The notes below the pieces were generated by a model. The model was given only the letters and a program-made list of their open reading frames with translations. It was not told where the DNA came from and ran no database searches. A stretch of 64,000 bases of DNA from Candidatus Latescibacterota bacterium (GTDB lineage Bacteria > Latescibacterota > UBA2968 > UBA8231): NCBI GenBank assembly GCA_965215195.1, contig CBDCDC010000001.1:1120001-1184000 (forward strand), in the 5' to 3' direction. Position numbers and translations under genes: made by a program. Within the stretch, counting starts at the first letter, position 1; each line of letters starts with the position of its first letter. Shown here piece after piece: positions 1-9,641 of this stretch.

Positions 1-633
1 GTCCGAATTGAGGCTCTGAGCTCCGGCGGGCAGGGGGAAGGCGGCTTTGTGGCTGCCGCTGATGAACAGGGTGCCGCCGCCACTGGCATCAACCTCGTTC
101 AATTCCCACACCACGCAGGTCAAGCTGCTGCGCGCCTTGCCGGGCACGCAGCGGTAGTTGTGCCCGTCGCCGGGCAGGCGCCACAGGCCATTGCCGTTGT
201 GGGGCCCAAAGCCCCCTTCCCCGGTCTGGCGCATACTTAGGCTGGTTGATTCCATGCGAAAACCGTAGCAGTCTTGGCTCGACAGGTCGGGATTGGCGAG
301 GAATTCGTTCATAAAACCGACGATAAAGGGGTGGTCGGTCAGTTCTTCCAAGGGGCCGCCAATCGGGCTACGCTGTGGCGCCGGTAGCGATTCAGGTGCT
401 TGGTGCAAGCGGTAGCAAAAGGCCCGCATCTTTTGCACTTCGCCTTCGCTGAGCAGACCGGGTATCAATAGCCAACCTTGGGTATCAAACAAGTACCTCT
501 GTTCCGGCGTCGGATCAAGTACCGGCTTGCCAGCGGCGTTGGTTCGGGGTAGGTCAACCGCGTCTATATCGACGTAGCCGACGCGACTCTGTTGAAAGAG
601 GAGGGGCTGGGCGGTGCTGGGATCAACGGACAT
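1..633 (-). CDS. PhyH-family Fe(II)/2OG dioxygenase-like protein (3' end runs off window)
   Basis: Translated by hand from ATG at 633: ...PTPEQRYLFDTQGWLLIPGLL...GFGPHNGNG...VVWELNEVDASGGGTLFISGSHK; not in the ORF track because it lacks a stop in the window. Confidence 0.85.
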   Translation of the reverse strand, partial: MSVDPSTAQPLLFQQSRVGYVDIDAVDLPRTNAAGKPVLDPTPEQRYLFDTQGWLLIPGLLSEGEVQKMRAFCYRLHQAPESLPAPQRSPIGGPLEELTDHPFIVGFMNEFLANPDLSSQDCYGFRMESTSLSMRQTGEGGFGPHNGNGLWRLPGDGHNYRCVPGKARSSLTCVVWELNEVDASGGGTLFISGSHKAAFPLPAGAQSLNSD

Positions 634-704
634 GGCTGTTCCTTTCTCGGCTTTGGCTGTTGGCTCAACCAAGATAAGGCGATAAGGTTAGCGGCGCATG
701 GACA

Positions 705-1523
705 TCAGCTAGCGGCGATCACTTGGCGCAAATGAGCCACGGCCAAGCCCATGCATTCCTCGTGGCTGCAACTGTTGAACTCGCCTAGTTCAAAGACTAG
801 GCCGATCGCGCCGTTGAAATCCACTCCGCGCAGAATTTCTAACACGCGCCTGTAGTCGATAAACTCCTCAACGCCGCGGTCGATCTTGTAGATCTTGGCC
901 CGCACGTACGTGGCAAAAGGCGCGGTCGGCTCCAGATAGTCTTTGTACAAATCGACATTTGGATCGAACTCGCCGCGCGGATGCGAGCCAATGGCCCCCA
1001 GCCACTGCCCGGTATCCAACAGGAAGCTGAAATTGTCGCGCTCGGTCTCGCGCAGGATGCGCAACACTTGATTCGCAGTCATGGCGAAACTGCCGTTGTC
1101 GTGATTCTGCAAGGCGACCATTACCCCGCGTTGGGCCGCGTAGTCGGCAATGGCTTGGAAATCCTCGATCATCGGGTGCCACAGGGCCTCTTGTTCCTCG
1201 ACGGTGCTCGGCCACTTGTGGCGCGCAAAAACGCGCAGTACTTGTGCTCCTAACAAAGCTGCGGTATCGACATCGGCGCGGCCCTGCTGCAAACGCGCAG
1301 CCCGCTCCTCGGCCGGCCCCACAAAGCTGCCGGCTCCAGCATAGCCAATGTGCAAGCCGCGTTTGCGACAGAGGCTCTTGAGGTGGTTGATATACTCGAC
1401 GCTGCGGTCTAGGCCCGACAAGTGGAAATCGACGCCGTCTAGCTGCAAAAGGCGGGCCTGCTCGACAACCTGCTCAAGGGTGGTAGTGGGCGTCTGACGG
1501 GCCATTGTGCTCAATTTGATCAT
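705..1523 (-). CDS. Sugar phosphate isomerase/epimerase (xylose isomerase-like TIM barrel)
   Basis: AALLGAQVLRVF, VALQNH, LLDTGQW motifs of the AP_endonuc_2 family. Confidence 0.85.
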   Translation of the reverse strand: MIKLSTMARQTPTTTLEQVVEQARLLQLDGVDFHLSGLDRSVEYINHLKSLCRKRGLHIGYAGAGSFVGPAEERAARLQQGRADVDTAALLGAQVLRVFARHKWPSTVEEQEALWHPMIEDFQAIADYAAQRGVMVALQNHDNGSFAMTANQVLRILRETERDNFSFLLDTGQWLGAIGSHPRGEFDPNVDLYKDYLEPTAPFATYVRAKIYKIDRGVEEFIDYRRVLEILRGVDFNGAIGLVFELGEFNSCSHEECMGLAVAHLRQVIAAS

Positions 1524-1603
1524 GGTTTGCTCGGGCCGCTCAATGTCGAGTACTTTGAATGAATGGCCGGCTGGTTCCGCTTAGCACTTGGGCGTAACAT
1601 CAC

Positions 1604-2194
1604 TTACTCTGCGTTGGCCTCGATCAATACCTGAATTTTCACTTCGTCTCCGAGCACGGCGCTGAAGCGTTCCCAGCTATTGACTCCGTAATCCGAGCAG
1701 AGTATGGAAAAATTCGTTTCTAGGCCGATCTGCGCCTTGCCACTCCGCGGATTGGTGCCGGTGCCGAGGATTTCGACGGGCAGGGTGACTTCTTTGGTGG
1801 TGCCGTGCAGGGTCAGCTTGCCCTTCACGCTGAGCGCGTTTTCGCCCGCGCTGGTCACCTCGGTAGATTCAAAGGTGATCGCGGGGTAGGTTTCGGCAGC
1901 AAAAAAGTCGTCACTTTGCAGGTGGCCATCGCGGCGTTCGTTGCCCGTGTCAATGCTCTTGACCTGAATGGTGCCGGAGAAGCTGGAGGCTTCGGGCTTG
2001 GCGGCGTCGTAGCCGATGGTGCCGCTAAAGTCCCCGAAACGGCCCTTTGTGCGGCCGACGAGGTGGCGAATGCTGAAATCGACTGAAGAGTGCGAAGCAT
2101 CGACTACGTAGGTTTCCGCCAAAGTCGCCTCGGCGGTGAGAGCGAACGTCAGGGCGGCAACCCATGCGAAATGGAGTGCATTAGGGCGAGTCAT
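1604..2194 (-). CDS. YceI family protein (secreted)
   Basis: Signal peptide; VDASHSSVDFSIRH, SIDTGNERRDGHL, GKLTLHGTTK. Confidence 0.93.
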   Translation of the reverse strand: MTRPNALHFAWVAALTFALTAEATLAETYVVDASHSSVDFSIRHLVGRTKGRFGDFSGTIGYDAAKPEASSFSGTIQVKSIDTGNERRDGHLQSDDFFAAETYPAITFESTEVTSAGENALSVKGKLTLHGTTKEVTLPVEILGTGTNPRSGKAQIGLETNFSILCSDYGVNSWERFSAVLGDEVKIQVLIEANAE

Positions 2195-2332
2195 GGAATT
2201 CTCCTTGGGCTATTGGTGTGAGAGTGGATCAGGCATTTTGTACCTAAGGGTGCCTTTTACTATACTAAAAATCTGACGCAGTAAGATGTGAATCCATAGC
2301 GGCCGGGGCAAGTCGCCCGGCAGGAGGCGGCC

Positions 2333-3181
2333 ATGATCAATTTCCCCCGTTCATCCTTTACGTGGAAGGCCCATCCCGCGCAGCCAGACCCTTATTACAA
2401 GTGGCCCGGCGGCTTCGTCGGCGAGCACGGTCAGGTCTATCACGTGCGTTTTACCTTAGAAGCGCGTTGCGTTTTGCGCGACAGCGATGGGGCCGAGCTG
2501 GCCGAACTTTTTTTGGGCGCGCCCTGCCGCAGCGAATACACCATTGCCAGCGAAAACCTGTTCCAAATCCCCAGCGGCGAGTGGCGGATGGCCTTTAGCC
2601 GCTCCTCCATTCCGGCAATCGCCCAGCGGCCGAGCACCGAGCCCGAAGCGGTTAGCGCACGTGCGCTGGCGGATGCGTACCAGCGTTACACCATTGACAT
2701 TCGCTCCTATCCCGCATCCGAGGCACTCGAAGAAGCCGACGCCATTGTGGCCTCGACCTTTGCCGGCGACGCGCAAAACGCCCGCTCGGTGTACCAGGAC
2801 GCGGCGAGCGGTATTGAGGTCGCGCTCGAATACCCGATCAACGTCGTGAACCTCAACCCTGCCGACGGCCAATACCAAGTCTGTACTGGCCCGGTACTGC
2901 TGCCGGATCTGGCGACTTGGGATGGGCGCGACGTGCATCGGGTCTTCGTTGCCCATGCGGCCTTCTCGCGCCGCGACCGGGTGGAGTTTATTTTGCGGCG
3001 TCCGGTGCAAGCCGCGCCCGAGGAGCGGGTGTGGCTCGATGCGCCCCGGGGCCGCGATCGGCTTCAGTTGCTCGATCCCAACAACCCGCCCCCCGGCTAT
3101 CCGCCCGCACGGGCCCAGCCGCTGGTGTACAACGAGACTTGGGATCTGGCCGCGCACAATGCGGTGCTGCGGGCCGATTGA
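2333..3181 (+). CDS. Hypothetical protein
   Basis: 282-aa ORF with AGGAGG RBS and host-like codon usage; no motif recognised. Confidence 0.75.
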   Translation: MINFPRSSFTWKAHPAQPDPYYKWPGGFVGEHGQVYHVRFTLEARCVLRDSDGAELAELFLGAPCRSEYTIASENLFQIPSGEWRMAFSRSSIPAIAQRPSTEPEAVSARALADAYQRYTIDIRSYPASEALEEADAIVASTFAGDAQNARSVYQDAASGIEVALEYPINVVNLNPADGQYQVCTGPVLLPDLATWDGRDVHRVFVAHAAFSRRDRVEFILRRPVQAAPEERVWLDAPRGRDRLQLLDPNNPPPGYPPARAQPLVYNETWDLAAHNAVLRAD

Positions 3182-3182
3182 T

Positions 3183-3416
3183 TGGAGCGCCGCAGTTATC
3201 GGCCTAGGCTGGTCTGGCGGGCCGGATCGCGTTGAGTGTGGGGCCAAGGGCATTGTCGCCGAAAAGCCGATGGCGCATACTTTAGAGGAGGTCGATCGGA
3301 TGGTGGGTGCCTGCGCCGCAGCCGGGGTGCCCTTGTGTTGCGGGGCGATTACCACGACTCATCCTTCGTTTGCGCGGGCCAAGGCGCTGCTTGCAGAAGG
3401 GGCGATCGGCGAGTGA
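3183..3416 (+). pseudogene. Collapsed remnant of a Gfo/Idh/MocA oxidoreductase
   Basis: AAVIGLGW (Rossmann start) joined almost directly to KGIVAEKPMAHTLEEVDRMVGAC...LLAEGAIGE, then a stop; no start codon. Confidence 0.7.
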
Positions 3417-3439
3417 GAGACGTTGTCGCGAGCACAGTG

Positions 3440-4624
3440 ATGCTGACTATCGACCAATTGCGCGCTTTGATGGTACGGGGCGAGTCTGACCGCGTAGAGC
3501 TGACTACCTCCACTAAGAACACGGACAAGTTCGGAGAGGCGATATGTGCCTTTGCTAACGACTTTCCCAATCACAAGCAGCCCGGTTATCTCTTGGTGGG
3601 AATGGACGACAACGGTAAGGCCAGCGGCCTGACCATCACCGATGAGTTGCTGCGAGATCTCGCAGCACTGCGTTCGAATGTCAATTTAGAACCGTTGCCA
3701 GCAATGACCGTGCAAAAGTGCATGTTGCCGGAGGGCGATGTGGCTATAGTGGAGGTAGTGCCATCCGATCTACCCCCCGTGCGATACAAAGGCCGAGTGT
3801 GGATTCGGGTGGGACCGTCCCGGCGCGGGGCAAACCAGCAGGAGGAGCGAATTCTCATTGAGAAGCGGACTGCCCTGCAACGGCCATTCGATGTCCGGCC
3901 TTGCTCGGGCTGTACGATTGACGATCTGGTCTTGGATCTATTCCTGATAAGTTACCTTCCAGCAGCGGTGGCTCGAGACGTACTCAATGAAAACAGACGT
4001 AACGTTATTGAGCAGATGGCTTCCCTCCGGTTTTACGATTTGGCCGCCCACTGCCCGACGAATGCGGCCGCCTTGCTGTTTGCCAAGGACCCTCTACGTT
4101 GGATTCCCGGCTCCCACATCCAATTTGTCCGCTGGGCGGGGACAACCATGGCTGACGACCCGATTGACGAGAAACGCTTCAGCGGCGACCTGCTGACAGT
4201 CTTGCGCGAAATCCAAGCGTTTGTCTCGCTCCCGACACAGGCCCAGCCCGTGGCTGAATCGGCTCTCCGGGAGCGGACGGAAATGGATTACCCGACGGTG
4301 GCCGTGCGAGAGTTGTTGTTGAATGCTATCATGCACCGCTCCTACGAGTCAAACGCACCTGTGCGGTTCTATTGGTACGACGACCGTATCGAAATCCAGA
4401 ATCCAGGAGGCCTGTACGGAATGGCCTCGCCCGAGAACTTCCCGATGCAGACAGATTACCGCAATCCGGTCATAGCGGAGGCCATGGCGACGCTAGGCTA
4501 TGTCAACAATTTCGGTCGCGGCGTCATCCGTGCACAGGCTGCGTTGCAAAAGAACGGGAACCCTGAGGCCGGATTCACCTTCGAGTCCTCTCATGTGTTG
4601 GCGACCATTTGGGGAAAGCGATGA
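3440..4624 (+). CDS. AlbA_2 (Schlafen-like) domain plus HATPase_c_4 (RecG C-terminal-like) ATP-binding protein
   Basis: GESDRVE, EAICAFAND, GYLLVGMDDNG; AVRELLLNAIMHRSY, RIEIQNPGGL, YRNPVIAE, FGRGV; no C-terminal HTH. Confidence 0.85.
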   Translation: MLTIDQLRALMVRGESDRVELTTSTKNTDKFGEAICAFANDFPNHKQPGYLLVGMDDNGKASGLTITDELLRDLAALRSNVNLEPLPAMTVQKCMLPEGDVAIVEVVPSDLPPVRYKGRVWIRVGPSRRGANQQEERILIEKRTALQRPFDVRPCSGCTIDDLVLDLFLISYLPAAVARDVLNENRRNVIEQMASLRFYDLAAHCPTNAAALLFAKDPLRWIPGSHIQFVRWAGTTMADDPIDEKRFSGDLLTVLREIQAFVSLPTQAQPVAESALRERTEMDYPTVAVRELLLNAIMHRSYESNAPVRFYWYDDRIEIQNPGGLYGMASPENFPMQTDYRNPVIAEAMATLGYVNNFGRGVIRAQAALQKNGNPEAGFTFESSHVLATIWGKR

Positions 4625-5634
4625 AGACAATCGCTTTCTTCAACAACAAAGGTGGTGTCGGCAAGACATCGCTGGTCTATCACCTCGCATGGATGTACGC
4701 GGAGCTCGGTGTTTCCGTGGTTGCTGCGGACCTTGACCCACAAGCGAACCTGACCACCATGTTTCTCGCTGAGGACCGGCTTGAGGAGTTGTGGCCTGAT
4801 AGCGATAGCGAACATCCCAAGAGTATCTTGGGGACGGTCTCGCCAATCCTGCGAGGTCTTGGCGATATTTCAGAGCCGTACATAGAGCAAATCACCCAAA
4901 CCTTAGGCTTGGTTGTCGGTGATCTCGGCTTGTCCCGTTTCGAGGCAAAGCTCTCTTCAGCGTGGCCGGATTGTCTAGACCGCGACGAAGCGGCATTTCG
5001 CACCGAGTCCGCGTTCCATCGTGCGATTCTCTGCGCCGCCGAGGTGCGGGATGCCGATCTAGTGTTGATCGATGTCGGCCCCAATCTCGGCGCGATCAAC
5101 CGGGCGGCGATTATAGCAGCGAACTTCGTTGTTTTCCCTCTTGCTCCCGATCTCTTCTCGATCCAAGGGTTACGCAACCTTGGACCGACTCTTCGCACAT
5201 GGCGGGAAGAGTGGCAGGAGCGCGTAGCCCGCAAGCCATACGGGTCGGATTTGCCACTGCCTTCAGCCGCGATCATACCGGTGGGCTATATCGTGATGCA
5301 GCACGCTGTGCGAGCGGGGCGTCCCGTTCAGGCATACCAGAAATGGATAAGGCAGATTCCCGATGTCTATCGCAAGGAAGCGCTCAATGACGTTGGCACA
5401 AGCACCTCCTCGATTGATGACGACGTGCATTGCCTTGCTACGCTGAAGCACTACCGCAGTCTGATGCCCATGGCGCAGGAAGTACGCAAGCCAATGTTCC
5501 ATCTCAGAGCAGCCGATGGTGCTCTCGGTGGTCACATCCACGCTGTGCAGGATTGCTACGAGGACTTCAAAGATCTCGCGACATCCATAGCTGACAAGTG
5601 CAGAGCAGCGTCGCAGCCCGATCACCACTCGTGA
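4621..5634 (+). CDS. ParA-family ATPase
   Basis: FFNNKGGVGKTS, DLDPQANLT, LIDVGPNLGAINRAA; ATGA overlap with the upstream gene. Confidence 0.9.
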   Translation: MKTIAFFNNKGGVGKTSLVYHLAWMYAELGVSVVAADLDPQANLTTMFLAEDRLEELWPDSDSEHPKSILGTVSPILRGLGDISEPYIEQITQTLGLVVGDLGLSRFEAKLSSAWPDCLDRDEAAFRTESAFHRAILCAAEVRDADLVLIDVGPNLGAINRAAIIAANFVVFPLAPDLFSIQGLRNLGPTLRTWREEWQERVARKPYGSDLPLPSAAIIPVGYIVMQHAVRAGRPVQAYQKWIRQIPDVYRKEALNDVGTSTSSIDDDVHCLATLKHYRSLMPMAQEVRKPMFHLRAADGALGGHIHAVQDCYEDFKDLATSIADKCRAASQPDHHS

Positions 5635-5692
5635 ATGCGCACCTTCAAGAGGTGAGCTTCGCAGGTGGATTGAGCGTGACGGAGCGGACGCC

Positions 5693-5999
5693 ATGTTGGA
5701 TATAGGCGACAGGAAGCAGCTTTTTATCGACGAGCGGTTTTTTGCCGAGCGCGATGGGGACGCCGGTGCAGCATGTAGAGCCGGTATTGCGGCCGGATCG
5801 GGCCTTCGACGGCGGGGCCGGGGGTTGGCTGCGGGTGGAAGTGCTGGACGAAAGCGGACAAGCGGTGCAAGCGTCCGCGGCGGTGATGGGCAATGGGGTG
5901 TGCAAGGAGGTGCCCATTGGAAAGCTGGCGGGTACGCCGGTGCGGCTGCGCTTTGAGATGCGGGCCGCGAGGCTCTACGCATTGCAGTTTTCGCGTTGA
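5693..5999 (+). pseudogene. Collapsed remnant of a glycoside hydrolase-like beta-propeller protein
   Basis: N-terminal MLDIGDRKQLFIDERF and C-terminal LRVEVLD...LAGTPVRLRFEMRAARLYALQF segments in ~300 bp with a frameshift; the middle is missing. Confidence 0.55.
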
Positions 6000-6067
6000 G
6001 GAGTGGGTTTTCTTGACCGGGACGACCCTATTGGGGTTATTTGTATTAACGGAGAAAGGAGACTGTC

Positions 6068-6298
6068 ATGCAGATTATTCGCGGAAAGACCGAAAGGGAA
6101 GCTCTTGAGGAGATTCAGCGGCGCAGGAGTACGCCGGAAGGGATCGGGCTAATTTATAAAATCGTCAAATCGCGCTTTGGCACCGGGTTTGATATTGTGG
6201 CCATGGACCCGGAGCTATACTTGGATATGCTGACGGGCGAGTTGCCGACCATTCCCGAACTCAGGGGCCACTCGCTGATGGACAGGATGGCCCCCTGA
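6068..6298 (+). CDS. Small hypothetical protein
   Basis: AAAGGAG RBS; TGATG coupling to the next gene. Confidence 0.6.
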   Translation: MQIIRGKTEREALEEIQRRRSTPEGIGLIYKIVKSRFGTGFDIVAMDPELYLDMLTGELPTIPELRGHSLMDRMAP

Positions 6299-6705
6299 TG
6301 GCGTCGCGACCTGATGTGACCGACAGCCGACAGAAAGAGGCCGATGCTACCGATGACAGGCAATATGAGCTTGTTGCCGAAATGGTTTCTGTGCAGCGCA
6401 AAAAGATCGAGCTTGCTGGCCGCTTCTTGGAAATTGGCCAACAAGAAAACCAACGCCATTACGATTTGGCCGTCAAAAAGCTAGAAATAGAAGACGAACA
6501 AAACAAGAGGGCGTACCGACTGGTGAAGCTAATCGTCGGCGGTTTTTCGATCGTTCTGTTACTGCTGCTGTACATGGTGTTTTTCGGGAGCGAGGCCCAA
6601 GCCGGCAAGGCTGAGAAAATACTGACCGAGGGGGCCAAAGCACTCGGCGGTGCCGGTTTCATATTCCTCATATATGGCGGTCTAAAACGTCTCATTAATC
6701 GCTAA
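6298..6705 (+). CDS. Coiled-coil plus two-TM membrane protein (DUF2335-like)
   Basis: Charged helical N-half followed by two hydrophobic segments; translationally coupled. Confidence 0.65.
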   Translation: MASRPDVTDSRQKEADATDDRQYELVAEMVSVQRKKIELAGRFLEIGQQENQRHYDLAVKKLEIEDEQNKRAYRLVKLIVGGFSIVLLLLLYMVFFGSEAQAGKAEKILTEGAKALGGAGFIFLIYGGLKRLINR

Positions 6706-6808
6706 TCCCAAGAGATTTTTATGCCCTCATCGGCGTCTGTTCCTTCATAAGAGCGGGCTGCCGCTGGGGGCTATTTTTTGTCGGCGGACCTACGAGAAGG
6801 GACGAAAA

Positions 6809-7633
6809 ATGAAGCTAGGGATTTTCCACAAAGTCTTTGCGCGGCCCGCGCTGGAGGAGAGCTTGGACGGGGTACAGGCCGCTGGCTTGGAGGCCGTGCA
6901 GGTCGATTTGACGGCTGCGGGTATCGATCCGGCCGCGCTGACGGACGCCGATTGCGAGCACATTCGCGCTGCGTGTGCAACGCGCGGCATTGAGATCGCC
7001 GCGCTGTCGGGGACCTTCAATATCATCGACCCGGACTTGGAAAAGCGCCGCTGCGGGATGCGCTGGCTCGCCGCGCTGGCCGCCGCAAGCCGCAAGTTGG
7101 GGACGGCGTTGATCACCTTTTGCACCGGCACGCGCAACCCCGATTATATGTGGGGGTTCCATCCCGACAACCACACGCCGGCCGCTTGGGCCGACATGGT
7201 CGCGGCCATGGCGGAAGCCGTGGCGATCGCCGAGGCGCAAGGCGCGACCCTCGTATTTGAGCCGGAGGTCAACAATGTGGTGGATTCGGCGCAAAAGGCG
7301 CGGCGCTTGCTTGACGAGGTGCGGTCCAAGCACTTGCAGGTGGTTATCGACGGGGCCAACCTGTTCCACGCCGGCCAGTTGCCGAGGATGCGCGAGATCT
7401 TAGACGAGGCATTCGATCTGCTCGGGGATTCGATTCGGTTGGCCCACGCCAAGGACTTGGAGCGGGATGGCGACGCCGGGCACCAAGCCGCGGGCACGGG
7501 TTTGCTCGACTACGATCACTACTTGGCGCTCTTGCGGCAGATCGGCTTTGACGGGTCGTTGATATTGCACAGCCTCGAAGAGGAGCAGGTGGCAGCGGCA
7601 GCGGCTTTTGTGCGCGAGCGCATGAACACTTGA
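6809..7633 (+). CDS. Sugar phosphate isomerase/epimerase
   Basis: ITFCTG, LVFEPE, VIDGANL, LAHAKD, AGTGLLDY. Confidence 0.88.
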   Translation: MKLGIFHKVFARPALEESLDGVQAAGLEAVQVDLTAAGIDPAALTDADCEHIRAACATRGIEIAALSGTFNIIDPDLEKRRCGMRWLAALAAASRKLGTALITFCTGTRNPDYMWGFHPDNHTPAAWADMVAAMAEAVAIAEAQGATLVFEPEVNNVVDSAQKARRLLDEVRSKHLQVVIDGANLFHAGQLPRMREILDEAFDLLGDSIRLAHAKDLERDGDAGHQAAGTGLLDYDHYLALLRQIGFDGSLILHSLEEEQVAAAAAFVRERMNT

Positions 7634-7680
7634 GGCCGTTATTGGCGCGGGCTATGCCTGCGCCCCGGAATACGAGCTCG

Positions 7681-8676
7681 TTACGCACCCCGTCCGCGCA
7701 TCATCGCCAAAAACCGCTGGGCATTCCCGGCAAAGTGATCTTCGATTTCCGCAGGCGTTAGTTGCAGCATCTCGGCCACTTGCCGCTCTTGGCGCAGTTG
7801 CTCGTAGATGACGAGCGTGGCCCGCGAGTCACAGTGCGGCGTGCCGGCTTCGTCCCCAGGATAAAACAGCCAGGCGCGGCCATAGGTGATGTACTTGCCG
7901 CGCGCACAGCCAGCGACCACGTTGTCCGACCCAAACATCACCCTCCTGCGGTCTTCGTGTTTCATCAGCAAATAGTGAGCATACAGGTCGTTCACCGCCG
8001 AGGTGTCGTACCATATATTGGGCAGATCGCACAGGAAGTGGACGGCCTCCTCCATCATAAAGGAATTGAACGAGCGGGCGCAGTGGGCCAAAATCCACTG
8101 TGCCTTAGGGTATTCGCGGGTGTAGTGCGCCAAGTCGCGCTGGTTGTCCGGGTCGGCTGGGCCGGTGGGTTTGGCGAGGTGCATGGTGATGGCCAGCTTC
8201 TTGTGGTGGGCGACTTCGATGAGGGATTCCGGGAGGAAGTCGCAGATGCGGGCGGCGACTGGGTCTGGGGCAAAGGTGCGGTAGGGCTTGAGCCCGAGGA
8301 AGCCGTACGCATCGACTTGGGCCGCCACGTATTCGGGCGTCATGTCCGGGGTGACCATCATGTTGACCGCGGATTCGGGGTCGGCCGCAAGCTGGGCCGC
8401 CATCCACGCGTTGTGCCCGGCCGCGTCCATGCCCGGCATCGGGGTGCCCAAGGCCAGCATGTGGAAGGCGCGGCCCGGGTAGAGCTGGGCCGCCCAGTCG
8501 AGATGATCGCGATAGTCGATCTCCTCGCGCAGGCCGGTAGGTGCGCCCGTCAAGGAGCCTCGGTGCGCCTCAGACCACAGGTGCGTGTGCATGTCGTAAA
8601 CCGCGGCCGGGACGAAGTCTTCAAGCTCTTGCTCCCAGATCTGGCGGTCAAAGTCTCGATAGGTGAAAGCAGTCAT
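7681..8676 (-). CDS. Amidohydrolase_2 family protein
   Basis: YDMHTH, GFLGLKPY, ILAHC, WYDTS, VMFGSD; start taken at ATG 8676. Confidence 0.85.
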   Translation of the reverse strand: MTAFTYRDFDRQIWEQELEDFVPAAVYDMHTHLWSEAHRGSLTGAPTGLREEIDYRDHLDWAAQLYPGRAFHMLALGTPMPGMDAAGHNAWMAAQLAADPESAVNMMVTPDMTPEYVAAQVDAYGFLGLKPYRTFAPDPVAARICDFLPESLIEVAHHKKLAITMHLAKPTGPADPDNQRDLAHYTREYPKAQWILAHCARSFNSFMMEEAVHFLCDLPNIWYDTSAVNDLYAHYLLMKHEDRRRVMFGSDNVVAGCARGKYITYGRAWLFYPGDEAGTPHCDSRATLVIYEQLRQERQVAEMLQLTPAEIEDHFAGNAQRFLAMMRGRGA

Positions 8677-8753
8677 GGCGGGGTGCTCCTGTGCGGCGCG
8701 TTTGACAGAAAATGGCAGGCAACCTAGGGTTGCCCCAAAGGAGAAAATCCGAG

Positions 8754-9641
8754 ATGAACAGAGAAAAGATAGCACCCGAACTCGTTGTGGAAAAGGACGC
8801 GCTCATCGGCGAAGGGGCCGTTTGGGACGCGGACGATCAATTGTTGTACTGGGTCGATATCCTCGGCCACGAGGTCTATGTGTACGATCCGGCGAGCGGG
8901 GTCAACCGCACCATTCCCACGTGCCAAGCCGTGGGCACGGTGGTCAAGCGGCAGAGCGGCGGCCTCGTCGTGGCTTTGCACAATGGCTTTGCCCACATCG
9001 ACTTGCAGGCGGAGCGCATGGTGCCCCTCGGCGAAGACCCGGAGCGGGCGATCCCGGCCAATCGCTTCAACGACGGCAAGTGCGACCCGGCTGGCCGGCT
9101 GTGGGCGGGGACAATGGAGTTTGGAGGTGCGACTGATCGCGGTGCGCTCTACTGCCTCGACCTAGATCACTCGGTGAGTCGAAAGATCGCGCCGGTCAGC
9201 GTGTCCAACGGCATCGTCTGGAGCGCCGACCAGCAGACCATGTACTTCATTGACTCTGGCTTGAACAACGTGCGCGCATACGACTACTGCCGCGACAGCG
9301 GGACCATCAGCAACGAGCGCGTGGTGGTAGAGTACGGGGGGCCGGGGGTGTTAGACGGCATGGCCATTGACGAGGCCGATGCCTTGTGGATCGCCGTGTA
9401 CGGGGGCTGGTGCGTTTTATGCTACGATCCTCGCTCCGGGGAGTTGCTGCGTCACTTGGACCTGCCCATGGCCAATGTGACGTCCTGCGCCTTTGGCGGC
9501 GCGCATCTCGACCAGCTCTACGTCACCTCGGCTTGCCAGGGTTTGGACGCCGAGGCGCGGCAGGCCCAGCCTTTGGCTGGGTCGTTAGTGCGGCTCGAGC
9601 CCGGGGTGGGCGGCGTGCCCTCCGATGCGTTTGCCGGCTAG
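8754..9641 (+). CDS. SMP-30/gluconolactonase/LRE family protein
   Basis: IGEGAVWD, RFNDGKCDPAGRLWAGTM, SNGIVWS, DGMAIDE, VTSCAFGG. Confidence 0.93.
   Translation: MNREKIAPELVVEKDALIGEGAVWDADDQLLYWVDILGHEVYVYDPASGVNRTIPTCQAVGTVVKRQSGGLVVALHNGFAHIDLQAERMVPLGEDPERAIPANRFNDGKCDPAGRLWAGTMEFGGATDRGALYCLDLDHSVSRKIAPVSVSNGIVWSADQQTMYFIDSGLNNVRAYDYCRDSGTISNERVVVEYGGPGVLDGMAIDEADALWIAVYGGWCVLCYDPRSGELLRHLDLPMANVTSCAFGGAHLDQLYVTSACQGLDAEARQAQPLAGSLVRLEPGVGGVPSDAFAG

Noticed and set aside
4621-5634. Plasmid or chromosome partitioning locus
   Set aside because: No ParB, parS, Rep or iterons were seen, and the gene is coupled to an AlbA_2 protein.
7762-8727. Long antisense ORFs (also 2456-3355, 13569-14468, 25497-26363, 52724-53806, 62028-63242)
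   Set aside because: Shadow frames of real genes, expected in GC-rich DNA; no recognisable motifs.
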